Origin: Actinomycetota bacterium | GTDB lineage: Bacteria; Actinomycetota; UBA4738; HRBIN12 | Assembly: GCA_036007245.1 (NCBI GenBank) | Contig: DASYOY010000118.1 | Location: forward strand, 1-62,804 | Length of the DNA stretch: 62,804 nt | Reading direction: 5' to 3' | Shown: piece by piece, positions 9,014 through 17,040 of the stretch | How the letters are laid out: each line of letters begins with the position of its first letter | How positions within the stretch are numbered: the stretch's first letter is position 1 | The notes under the pieces: generated by a model | What the model saw: only the letters and a program-made list of their open reading frames with translations | What the model was told of the DNA's origin: nothing | Databases searched by the model: none | Made by a program: the position numbers and the translations under genes

Positions 9014-10116
9014 GGGTCGCCTTCCACGTCGACCAGCTGTGGTTCGCTGCGCCCGGCGGCATCGGGACCTACGTGTCACATCTGGCGACCGAACTCCCCG
9101 CGGCCGCGCCCGACGACGAGCTCGTGCCGTTCTCGGCCTCGTGGGCGGGACGGCCCACACCCGACGGTGTCCCGACCGCGACCCAGTCGGTCGGGATGCC
9201 GATCCGCGCGCTCTACCCGATGTGGGCGTGGAGCCGACGGCCGTGCCTTCCCGCGCGATTCGGCGATCTCGATGTGATCCACGCGACGAACCCCGCCGCG
9301 ATCCCGCCGGTGCGGCCAGGGCAGGCGCTCGTCGTGACGATCCACGACCTCGCGTTCGAACGATTCCCTGAGCTGTACCCGCCGCGATGGCTGCGGCTGT
9401 ACAAGCGGGGACTCGAGATCGCACTGCGCGAGGCGAACGCGGTGCTCGTTCCGTCCCGGGACACAGCCGCAGCCGTCGTGACACGCGGCGTCGAACGCGA
9501 GCGGATCCACGTGACGCCGCTCGCGGCCGACCTGCCGGCCGACACAGGATCGCCGTCGCCGTACGACGCGCCGTACGTCTTGTTCGTGGGAACGCTCGAG
9601 CCGCGCAAGAACCTGCCTCGCCTGGTGCGGGCGTTCCGCGCGGCCGTTCGCGAAGCCTCGCTCCCCCATCAGCTCGTGCTTGTCGGAGCGACCGGATGGC
9701 AGCAAGACCCGCTCGCGAACGAGCTGGCCGCCGACGGCGGCGGACTGGTGCACGTCCCGGGTCGGGTCGCGCCCAATGAGCTCGACGCGTTGTATCGCGG
9801 CGCGGACGCCGTGGCGTACCCCTCCCTCTACGAGGGGTTCGGACTGCCTGTGCTCGAGGCGCTCGCCTACGGGACGCCGACCTTGTCGTCGACGACCTCG
9901 GCGATCCCTGAGGTCGCCGACGACGCCGCGCTCCTGGTTGATCCCGAGGATGAAGACGCGATCGCGGGCGGCCTCGTGCGCATCCTCAGTGACGAGGCCC
10001 TTCGTGCCGACCTGAAGGAGAAGGGTCCGAAGCGAGCCGCGTCGTTCTCCTGGGCGGCGACCGCCGGCGCTACCCTCGACGCCTACCGCACCGCGATGGA
10101 ACGAGCCCGACCATGA
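9010..10116 (+). CDS. glycosyltransferase family 4 (GT-B)
   Basis: ATG 9010 overlaps the previous TGA (ATGA). The 368 aa include YVLFVGTLEPRKN, GR.....L..LY..A...AYPSLYEGFGLPVLEALAYG.P, and EVADDAALLVDP. Confidence 0.85.
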   Translation: MRVAFHVDQLWFAAPGGIGTYVSHLATELPAAAPDDELVPFSASWAGRPTPDGVPTATQSVGMPIRALYPMWAWSRRPCLPARFGDLDVIHATNPAAIPPVRPGQALVVTIHDLAFERFPELYPPRWLRLYKRGLEIALREANAVLVPSRDTAAAVVTRGVERERIHVTPLAADLPADTGSPSPYDAPYVLFVGTLEPRKNLPRLVRAFRAAVREASLPHQLVLVGATGWQQDPLANELAADGGGLVHVPGRVAPNELDALYRGADAVAYPSLYEGFGLPVLEALAYGTPTLSSTTSAIPEVADDAALLVDPEDEDAIAGGLVRILSDEALRADLKEKGPKRAASFSWAATAGATLDAYRTAMERARP

Positions 10117-11051
10117 AGATCTCCCTGATCGCAACCGTGCTGAACGCCGACGACCATATCGGCGCGTTCCTGGCGTCGATCGCCGCGCAAGACCACGTGC
10201 CCGATGAGGTGATCGTCGTCGACGGTGGGTCCACCGACGGCACGCTCCAACGCCTGCGCGACGCCGGCGACGCGATCACGCTGATCGAGGACCCCGGCGC
10301 GAACATCGCACGCGGCCGCAACCTCGCGATCGCCGCCGCCTCGCACGACGCGATCGCGGTCGCCGACGCCGACTGCGCATACGGCCCCGGGTGGATCGCC
10401 GCATTGGTCGCGCCGCTCGAGGACGGCGCCGACGTCGCGATGGGCTGGACCGAACCGGTGATCGGCTCGTTGCTCGACGCGTGCGTCGCGTCGCTCGGGT
10501 TCCCGCTCGCCGCCACGGAGGTCGACGAGACGTCGTTCATGCCGAGCGCACGCAGCGTCGCGTTCCGGCGCGAGGCGATCGACGCGGTCGGCGGCTATCC
10601 GGAATGGCTCCCGATCGGCGAGGACATGTGGGTGAACCACCGGTGGCGCGAGCGCGGGTTCGCGATGCGGATGGCGCCCGACGCGGTGGCGTCGTGGCAC
10701 CCGCGTGGCTCCCTCGGCGATATCTGGACGCAATACGTTCGATACGCGCGAGGCGACGGCCAAGCCGGGATGTATCCGGAGCGGCACGCCCTTCGCTTCG
10801 CGGTCTACGGCGGGTTGCTCGTGGCGCTCGCGTCCCGCAGGACCTGGCCGAAGCTACTCGCCGCCGGCGGTGCGGTCGCGTACGCCCGCACACCCGTCGC
10901 TCGCGCGCACGCGCGCCTGACGGACCAGCGCGATCGCGCGATCGCCACCGTCGTGGTGCCGGCGCTGCTGGCGTTCACAGACGTGGCGAAGATGTGGGGC
11001 TACGCCTTGGGCCTCGCGGACCGGCTCACCGGCCGCGTCCGCTCTGTATAG
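10113..11051 (+). CDS. glycosyltransferase family 2
   Basis: ATGA overlap with the GT4 gene. ISLIATVLNADDHIGAFLASIAAQ...DEVIVVDGGSTDGT, IARGRN and DAD are GT-A/DxD features. C-terminal TM helices are present. Confidence 0.85.
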   Translation: MKISLIATVLNADDHIGAFLASIAAQDHVPDEVIVVDGGSTDGTLQRLRDAGDAITLIEDPGANIARGRNLAIAAASHDAIAVADADCAYGPGWIAALVAPLEDGADVAMGWTEPVIGSLLDACVASLGFPLAATEVDETSFMPSARSVAFRREAIDAVGGYPEWLPIGEDMWVNHRWRERGFAMRMAPDAVASWHPRGSLGDIWTQYVRYARGDGQAGMYPERHALRFAVYGGLLVALASRRTWPKLLAAGGAVAYARTPVARAHARLTDQRDRAIATVVVPALLAFTDVAKMWGYALGLADRLTGRVRSV

Positions 11052-11905
11052 GCGTAGAAGCCCTCACCGGTCTTGCGGCCGAGCTTGCCCTCCGCCACGA
11101 GCGACCGAAGCATCGCCGGCGCCTCGTACCGGGGTTCCCCGAAGGCGCGGTGCAGCACGTCCCCGATCGACGCCACCGTGTCGAGCCCGATCAGGTCCGA
11201 CAGACGCAGCGGCCCCATCGGATGCGCGAGCCCGAGGTGGATCGCGGTGTCGATGTCCTGCTTCGTCGCGAACCCCCGCTCGTAGAGCCGGATCGCGTCG
11301 AACAGGTACGGGATGAGCAACCGGTTCACGATGAACCCGGCCTCGTCGGAGGACCGCACGCACGTCTTGCCGAGCACCTCCGTGGCGAACGCCTCAACGA
11401 GCGCATAGGTCGTGTCACTGGTCGCGGCCGACGGCGTCAGCTCGATCAGGCCCATCACCGGCACCGGATTGAAGAAGTGCATCCCGATCACGCGATCGCG
11501 CCTGCCGGACGCCTCACCGAGCGTCGAGATCGGGATCGACGACGTGTTGGAGGCAAGGACGACCTCGTCCCGGATGGCCTCACCGAGCCGATGGAAGATC
11601 GCGCGCTTCGCTTCCGGATCCTCGGTCGCGGCCTCGATCACGAGGTCGGCGGCGGTGAGGGCACGCACATCGTCGACCGCGTCGATCAGCCCGAGCGCGG
11701 CGTCCCGCCCGGCGGCCTCGAGCTTGCCCGCAGACACCGCCGCCTCCAGGGAACGCTCGATCCGGGCGCGGCCGGCCTCGATCAGTTCGGTGTTGCCCTC
11801 GGCGAAGGTCACCCGGAGCCCGGCGCGGGCGCATACCTCCACGATGCCCGAGCCCATCAGCCCGCACCCGACGACCCCGATATGCCGCACATCCTGCGCG
11901 TTCAC
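11000..11905 (-). CDS. hbd: 3-hydroxybutyryl-CoA dehydrogenase
   Basis: Rossmann motif IGVVGCGLMGSGI, plus ASNTSS, HFFNP, P.M.L.E and GFIVNRLL.PY. A GTG at 11905 is preceded by the purine-rich GAGGCGGGGGG. The track start at 11950 is an alternative but would overlap the divergent gene. The 3' end overlaps the GT2 3' end by 52 nt. Confidence 0.88.
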   Translation of the reverse strand: MNAQDVRHIGVVGCGLMGSGIVEVCARAGLRVTFAEGNTELIEAGRARIERSLEAAVSAGKLEAAGRDAALGLIDAVDDVRALTAADLVIEAATEDPEAKRAIFHRLGEAIRDEVVLASNTSSIPISTLGEASGRRDRVIGMHFFNPVPVMGLIELTPSAATSDTTYALVEAFATEVLGKTCVRSSDEAGFIVNRLLIPYLFDAIRLYERGFATKQDIDTAIHLGLAHPMGPLRLSDLIGLDTVASIGDVLHRAFGEPRYEAPAMLRSLVAEGKLGRKTGEGFYAYTERTRPVSRSARPKA

Positions 11906-11930
11906 GCGACCCCCCGCCTCGGAAGGTGCG

Positions 11931-11936
11931 TACGAT
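11931..11936 (+). promoter_or_regulatory. -10-like TACGAT, leaderless-type
   Basis: TACGAT lies 7 nt upstream of ATG 11944. Confidence 0.3.
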
Positions 11937-11943
11937 AGACGAG

Positions 11944-12519
11944 ATGTCACCCCTCGGGTCCTCTCGGCCGCCCCTTGTCCTCGCCCTCGCGTTCGGCGGG
12001 GTGCTCCTTGGGCACACGGTCGCGTATCGCCTCCTGGTCCCCGACGCCCATGCCCGGGCGCTCGAGCTGGCGGCCTCGGGCCACGGCTACCTCAGCGGCG
12101 CGAACGCCTTCGGTCTCGTCGTCACGATCGTCGCGCTCGCCGCGCTGTTCCTCGGCGGGGTCATGCGGACGCAAGACGCCGTCCCGCGGCATCTCGCGGC
12201 CCGGCTCGTCGCGTTCCAGATGGCGGCGTTCCTCGCGATGGAGGTACTCGAGCGGATCGCGTCGGGTGGCGGCCTCCAGCATCTCGCCTCGGTCTTGCTG
12301 GTCGGGTTGCCTGTCCAGGCCCTGATCGCGGCGCTGGTCGCGCTCGTCGCACGGCTGTTGGTTCGGGTCGCTGCAGCGATCGCGGACCGGCTTACCCCGA
12401 CGCCCGTGTGGGCCTCGACGGCCATCGCGTTCATCGGCGCATCTGCCGAGCCGCGCCGTCCCGATCGGACGGGCTCGCCGCCCGGCCGCGCTCCCCCGTC
12501 GCTCGTGGTCGCTTCGTAA
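11944..12519 (+). CDS. integral membrane protein (first gene of copper-cluster operon?)
   Basis: Hydrophobic helices PPLVLALAFGGVLLGH, AFGLVVTIVALAALFLGGV, LVAFQMAAFLAMEVL and VLLVGLPVQALIAALVALVA. ATG 11944 fits the leaderless pattern. The track start, GTG 11926, is an alternative. Confidence 0.6.
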   Translation: MSPLGSSRPPLVLALAFGGVLLGHTVAYRLLVPDAHARALELAASGHGYLSGANAFGLVVTIVALAALFLGGVMRTQDAVPRHLAARLVAFQMAAFLAMEVLERIASGGGLQHLASVLLVGLPVQALIAALVALVARLLVRVAAAIADRLTPTPVWASTAIAFIGASAEPRRPDRTGSPPGRAPPSLVVAS

Positions 12520-12572
12520 CACGCGGTCGCGCATCGTGCGCGGTCGGACCACGAACAGAAGGAGCACATCCG

Positions 12573-13217
12573 ATGCGACGTGTCCTGTTGATCTCCGCGC
12601 TCGCGGGCGCGTTCGTCCTGCTGGTGGCGGGCCCCGCGCTCGCGCACGGGGAGTACGACCACGGCGATATCGCCATCGCAACCGGGTTCCAGACCGAGCC
12701 CGCGTACGTCGGCCAACCGAACGCCGTCGAACTCGAGATCACGAAGGGCGGCAAGCCGGTCACCGATGTCGGGCAGGGGGACCTGAAGGTCGGCGTGACG
12801 TTCGGCGGACAGAGCACGGCCTTGAGCCTCGAGCCGAACTTCGAGGTCGGCGAATGGGGGACGCCCGGCGACTACATCGCCTCGTTCATCCCGACCCAGC
12901 CCGGCAAGTACACGTTCACGGTCGACGGCACAGTCGCGGGTGAACAGATCAAGTACTCGATGACGTCGGGTCCGTCGACGTTCAGCGAGGTCGAGGATCC
13001 CGCGCCGGCCATGTTCCCGCCGGTCGACGCCCCGACGACCACAGATCTGAACGCCAAGCTGGACGCCGCGTCGACCCGCACCGACGCATCGATCTCCTCG
13101 GCCCAGGACGCCGCCAACTCAGCCAAGACGGTGGCGATCATCGCCGTCGTGGTCGCGTTGATCGCGATCGTCCTGGCCGTGATCGGCTGGCGTCGTGGGA
13201 AGGCAACGACCGCGTGA
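12573..13217 (+). CDS. secreted, C-terminally anchored protein whose predicted mature N-terminus is His (putative Cu-binding)
   Basis: AGGAG lies 8 nt upstream of ATG 12573. The signal peptide is MRRVLLISALAGAFVLLVAGPALA|HGEYDHGD. A beta-rich body and a C-terminal TM helix (TVAIIAVVVALIAIVLAVIGW) follow. This is the C-terminal part of track ORF 11412..13217. Confidence 0.7.
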   Translation: MRRVLLISALAGAFVLLVAGPALAHGEYDHGDIAIATGFQTEPAYVGQPNAVELEITKGGKPVTDVGQGDLKVGVTFGGQSTALSLEPNFEVGEWGTPGDYIASFIPTQPGKYTFTVDGTVAGEQIKYSMTSGPSTFSEVEDPAPAMFPPVDAPTTTDLNAKLDAASTRTDASISSAQDAANSAKTVAIIAVVVALIAIVLAVIGWRRGKATTA

Positions 13218-13783
13218 ACCCGCTCCTGGCCCACGGGACCGGCGCCGACGAGTCGATGAGCCTCGTCATGCTCTTCGCCGGCATCTGGGTGGGCTGGATC
13301 GGCTGGTCATGCTTGCGCGGCACCGGGTTCGCCCGGCTGCCGCACTGGGGCGCGTGGGCCCTGATCGGGGCCGCGGCGACGCTGATGATCACCGCGACCT
13401 TCGTGCCGCGCATGCTCATCGGGCCGGTGGTCCCGACCGCGGCACCCGGGGCCCCGCGCCCGTCGTCGCCGGCCAAGCTGAGCTTCGTCTTACCGAAACC
13501 GGATGCGAAAGAATCCGGCGACACCATGACCGTCCAGATGAACCTCCAGAACGGGACGCTGACGCCGCTGACGACGACGGTCATCACACCGGACACGGGA
13601 CACATCCACCTGAGCCTGGACGGGACGTTGATCTCGATGAGCGGCGACACGCTGCAGGTGCTCGACCTGCGGAACGTCGCACCGGGGCAGCACACGCTCA
13701 CGGCGGATTTCGTCGCGGCCGACCATCTCCCGTTCGACCCGCCGGTGACGACCTCGGTCACGTTCGATCGGACATCGGGGTGA
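13214..13783 (+). CDS. membrane protein with DUF4399-like GHIHL domain
   Basis: GTGA start/stop overlap with the upstream gene. It has two N-terminal TM helices. The C-terminal GHIHLSLDG...APGQHTLTADFVAADHLP resembles the HHL-motif domain DUF4399 as I recall it. Confidence 0.6.
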   Translation: MNPLLAHGTGADESMSLVMLFAGIWVGWIGWSCLRGTGFARLPHWGAWALIGAAATLMITATFVPRMLIGPVVPTAAPGAPRPSSPAKLSFVLPKPDAKESGDTMTVQMNLQNGTLTPLTTTVITPDTGHIHLSLDGTLISMSGDTLQVLDLRNVAPGQHTLTADFVAADHLPFDPPVTTSVTFDRTSG

Positions 13784-15741
13784 GACGCGTCGTGCGCTCC
13801 GTGGTCGCCGCATCGATCGCGACGCTCGCGTTCGTAGGCATGTCGGGCGTCGCATGGGCGCACGCGAACCTGCTGTCGTCCACCCCGGCCGGCGGATCCA
13901 CGACGCAGACGCCGCCGACGCAGATCGTCCTGAACTACTCCGAGGAACCGGACCCGCAGCTGTCGCAGGTCGAGCTGCTCAACAGCGCGGGTGCGACGGT
14001 TGCCACCGGATCGCCCACGCTCCAGGGCAAGACGACCCTGATCGTGCCGATCACCGGCGACATGCCCGACGGGGTGTACACGGTGAGCTGGAGCGCGGTC
14101 TCGGTCGACGACGGGCACACAACGACGGACTCGTTCTCGTTCGGCGTCGGCGTGAAGGCGCCGCCGGCCGGACCCGCCACGGCCGCGCCGCCGCCGACCG
14201 CGTCAGGTCCGACGGTGCTCGCCGTCGCCGGGAAGGCGCTGTTGTACGCCGGCCTGATGCTGGTGCTTGCCGTCGCCGTGATCGGCGAGGGCGTCTTCGG
14301 GGGCGCGCCGAAGGCGCGCCCCCGGATCGCAGCCTGGGCCGGTCTCGCCGCCGTCGTGGGGTCGATCGCGCTGCTGCTTTCACAGGAACAAGGCACGCAT
14401 GCATCGATGAGCAAGTTCCTCGGCTCCCAGGTCGCCCGGACGCCGATCGCACTGGTCATCGCGTGCGTCGTCGCGGCCGTGTTCGCGTTCATGGCCGCCC
14501 GTCGGTCGCAACGCTGGTTGCCCTGGGCCGCGGGGATCGCGGCGGTGATCGCGATGGGGCTCCGTGCTCACGGCGGACACGCGACCGCGACCTCCACGCC
14601 CGTCCTCAGCCAGGCCGAACAGTGGGTCCACATGATCGCCGGCGCGTGCTGGGCCGGCGGCCTGGTGCTGCTGATCCTCCTGATCCGTGAGCGCCGCGGC
14701 GATCCCCCGGTAACGCAGGCGCGGCGATACTCGACGATCGCCCTGGCCGCGATCACGGTCGTCGTGGCGACGGGGCTCTTGCGGAGCATCTCCGAGCTCG
14801 GCGGGATCGGGCAGCTCGTGCATATCTGGGACTCCTCGTACGGCCGCACGCTCGCGATCAAGGTTGCGGTCGTGCTCGTCGTGATCGGGCTCGGCGCGAT
14901 CAACCGCTACCGCTCGGTGGGCCGGCTCGAAACCGACGCGTCGCCGCTGCTTCGGATCGCGAGCACCGAGGTCGTCGCGGCCGTCGGGATCTTGCTGCTC
15001 ACCGCGACGTTGACCAGCTATTCCCCGCCGACCAGCACGGGCGCCGTCGGCCAGCAACCGCCGAGCAACGTTGTCGCGATCTCGGGCAGCGACGTCGCGA
15101 CCACCACGACGGTCGCCCTCACCGTCACGCCGGCGCAGCCCGGACCGAACCTCTATCGGGCGACCGTGACGGCGTACGGCACCCAGACGCCCGTCCAGGC
15201 CGACGCGCTGACGCTGCAGCTCAACTCCGTCACGCAGCCGAACCTCCCTGGGACCTCGGTGACGTTCAAGCCCGACGGCAGCGGCGGCTGGGTGGCGCAG
15301 TCGCTCGACCCCGCCACGCCGGGGACGTTCGCGATGCAGGCGCAGGTCCGGTCGGGCGACGCGGTGACCGAGGTGCGGCTCACGCTGATCACGCGCTCGA
15401 CGGGGACCATCTCAGCCGGGATCGCGCCCGACGAGACCGTCGCCAACGCCGCGTTCCCCGACGGCGTTCGGCTGCAAGGGACCTCCGCACCGGGGACGCC
15501 GACCCAGATCCACCTCACCGCGTTCGCCTCGAACGGCACGGAACTCCCGCTGTCCGATCTCGAGCTCGCCGCCAGCCCCGCGACGGGCCCGCCCCTGCAC
15601 CTCCAGGATCAGCGGTTCTCGGCCGGGCACTTCGCGGCGAGCCCGACGCTCACTCCCGGCACGTGGACGATCGACGCGGTCGCGACGACGAAGGACGGCC
15701 AGGCGTATCAGCTCACGTGGCAGACCGCGGTCACGCCGTGA
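13780..15741 (+). CDS. copper resistance CopC-CopD fusion protein with extra C-terminal Ig-like region
   Basis: GTGA overlap with the upstream gene. The signal peptide ends AWA|HANLLSSTPAGGS (the CopC start), and DGVYTVSWSAVSVDDGHTT is also CopC-like. About 8 TM helices of CopD type follow, then an extracytoplasmic tail of about 230 aa. Confidence 0.85.
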   Translation: MRRVVRSVVAASIATLAFVGMSGVAWAHANLLSSTPAGGSTTQTPPTQIVLNYSEEPDPQLSQVELLNSAGATVATGSPTLQGKTTLIVPITGDMPDGVYTVSWSAVSVDDGHTTTDSFSFGVGVKAPPAGPATAAPPPTASGPTVLAVAGKALLYAGLMLVLAVAVIGEGVFGGAPKARPRIAAWAGLAAVVGSIALLLSQEQGTHASMSKFLGSQVARTPIALVIACVVAAVFAFMAARRSQRWLPWAAGIAAVIAMGLRAHGGHATATSTPVLSQAEQWVHMIAGACWAGGLVLLILLIRERRGDPPVTQARRYSTIALAAITVVVATGLLRSISELGGIGQLVHIWDSSYGRTLAIKVAVVLVVIGLGAINRYRSVGRLETDASPLLRIASTEVVAAVGILLLTATLTSYSPPTSTGAVGQQPPSNVVAISGSDVATTTTVALTVTPAQPGPNLYRATVTAYGTQTPVQADALTLQLNSVTQPNLPGTSVTFKPDGSGGWVAQSLDPATPGTFAMQAQVRSGDAVTEVRLTLITRSTGTISAGIAPDETVANAAFPDGVRLQGTSAPGTPTQIHLTAFASNGTELPLSDLELAASPATGPPLHLQDQRFSAGHFAASPTLTPGTWTIDAVATTKDGQAYQLTWQTAVTP

Positions 15742-17001
15742 TCAGTGGTTGCAGACGTCGTTGAGAACCGGGTACGGGTTGACGGCGCTCGTGCCCGGGA
15801 TCGTCACGTAGCCGTAGAAGCTCGCCGGCCAGTTCGCCGGTGGTCCACCGATCGGGTGCCACTCGAAGTGGTCGTGCGGCGTGCCCTTCGCGTCGCCGGT
15901 GTCCCCGACGTAGCCGATCACGTCGCCGGCCTTGACCGGTCCGTTCGACTTCGCCGAGTACCGCTCGAGGTGCGCGTTGTAGACGTAGGAGCCGTCGGCC
16001 GCGTACACGTACTCGCCGTTCCCACCGAGCGTGTTGTAGGTCGGCTTCGCGACCCCGTCGAACGGCGCGCGGATCTTCGTGCCGTAGTCGGCCAGGATGT
16101 CGTCGCCGGCGTGCAGGTGGAACTGCCCGGTGTAGCGCGGCGCGCCGAAGCCGTCGCCGAACGCCCGCGGGGGGTCGACCGGACACACCTTCAACGGGTT
16201 GACGAACCCGGGCGGCAGCTGCACGTCGGGTGCGGGCGGCGACACCGTCGACTGCGCCTGCTGCTCCAGGTAGTTCTGGCGCTGCTTGTTCAGGGTCTTG
16301 TACTGCTGCAGCGTCTGCTGCGCCGACGCGACCGCTTGATCGCGCAGGTGACTGATCGACGAAAGGTTGTTCAGGATCTGGTTGCGCAACGCGGTCTGCT
16401 GGTCAACCTGATCCTGCTGCTTCGCCAACAGGGCCTCGAGGCTCTTCTCCTCGATCTCGAGCACGACCTTGAGGTTCGACGCCTGTTGGGCGAGCGCGGC
16501 GTCGGCCTGGGTGACCGCGTCGACGAACTCCATCCGGTCGGAGAGATCGCCCATCGAGGTCGCCCCCAGGAAGATCTCGAGATCCGACGCGGGCCCGGCG
16601 ATGAACGCCTGTGCCGCGCGCTCCTCGAGCTGCGCCTGGAGCCGGTCGTACCGCGCCTGCGCGTCGGCGATCCGCGCCTTCGTCTCGGCGATCTGCGATT
16701 GGATCTCGGCGAGCTGCGCCTGGAGCCGGTCGAGCTTCTCGACGGCGGCGTTCAGCTGGATCTGGATCGACTCGATCTGGGACCGGTACTGGCGGATCTG
16801 CGCTTCTGCGGCGAGGTAGGCGGCATGCGCGCTCTTCACCTGGTTCTTCGAGGGGGCCGGGGTCGAGGCGCCCGCCATGGGCACCGAGACGAGCAACGCC
16901 ACGATCGCAGCGGCCAGGGCCAGCAGCCGCGGGCCGACGGGGAAGGTCCGGTCCGATCTGGTCATAGGGGAGACGCTCACCGTACAGGCATCGGCGGTCA
17001 C
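15742..17001 (-). CDS. M23 family metallopeptidase with N-terminal coiled coil
   Basis: A signal/TM segment is followed by long Q/A/L-rich coiled coils. The C-terminal part carries HLHAGDDILADYGTKIRAPFDG...GDVIGYVGDTGDAKGTPHDHFEWH (HxxxD and HxH). ATG 16965 is an alternative start. Confidence 0.85.
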   Translation of the reverse strand: MTADACTVSVSPMTRSDRTFPVGPRLLALAAAIVALLVSVPMAGASTPAPSKNQVKSAHAAYLAAEAQIRQYRSQIESIQIQLNAAVEKLDRLQAQLAEIQSQIAETKARIADAQARYDRLQAQLEERAAQAFIAGPASDLEIFLGATSMGDLSDRMEFVDAVTQADAALAQQASNLKVVLEIEEKSLEALLAKQQDQVDQQTALRNQILNNLSSISHLRDQAVASAQQTLQQYKTLNKQRQNYLEQQAQSTVSPPAPDVQLPPGFVNPLKVCPVDPPRAFGDGFGAPRYTGQFHLHAGDDILADYGTKIRAPFDGVAKPTYNTLGGNGEYVYAADGSYVYNAHLERYSAKSNGPVKAGDVIGYVGDTGDAKGTPHDHFEWHPIGGPPANWPASFYGYVTIPGTSAVNPYPVLNDVCNH

Positions 17002-17040
17002 CGACGCCAGATGTAAGGGGGAGTTAGCCTCCCTTGCGGC

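Noticed and set aside
11000-11051. 52-nt convergent overlap of the hbd and GT2 3' ends, as a possible sign of a mis-called stop or frameshift
   Set aside because: Both frames read cleanly to their stops. The hbd tail after GFYAY is a short non-conserved extension. No frameshift signature was seen.
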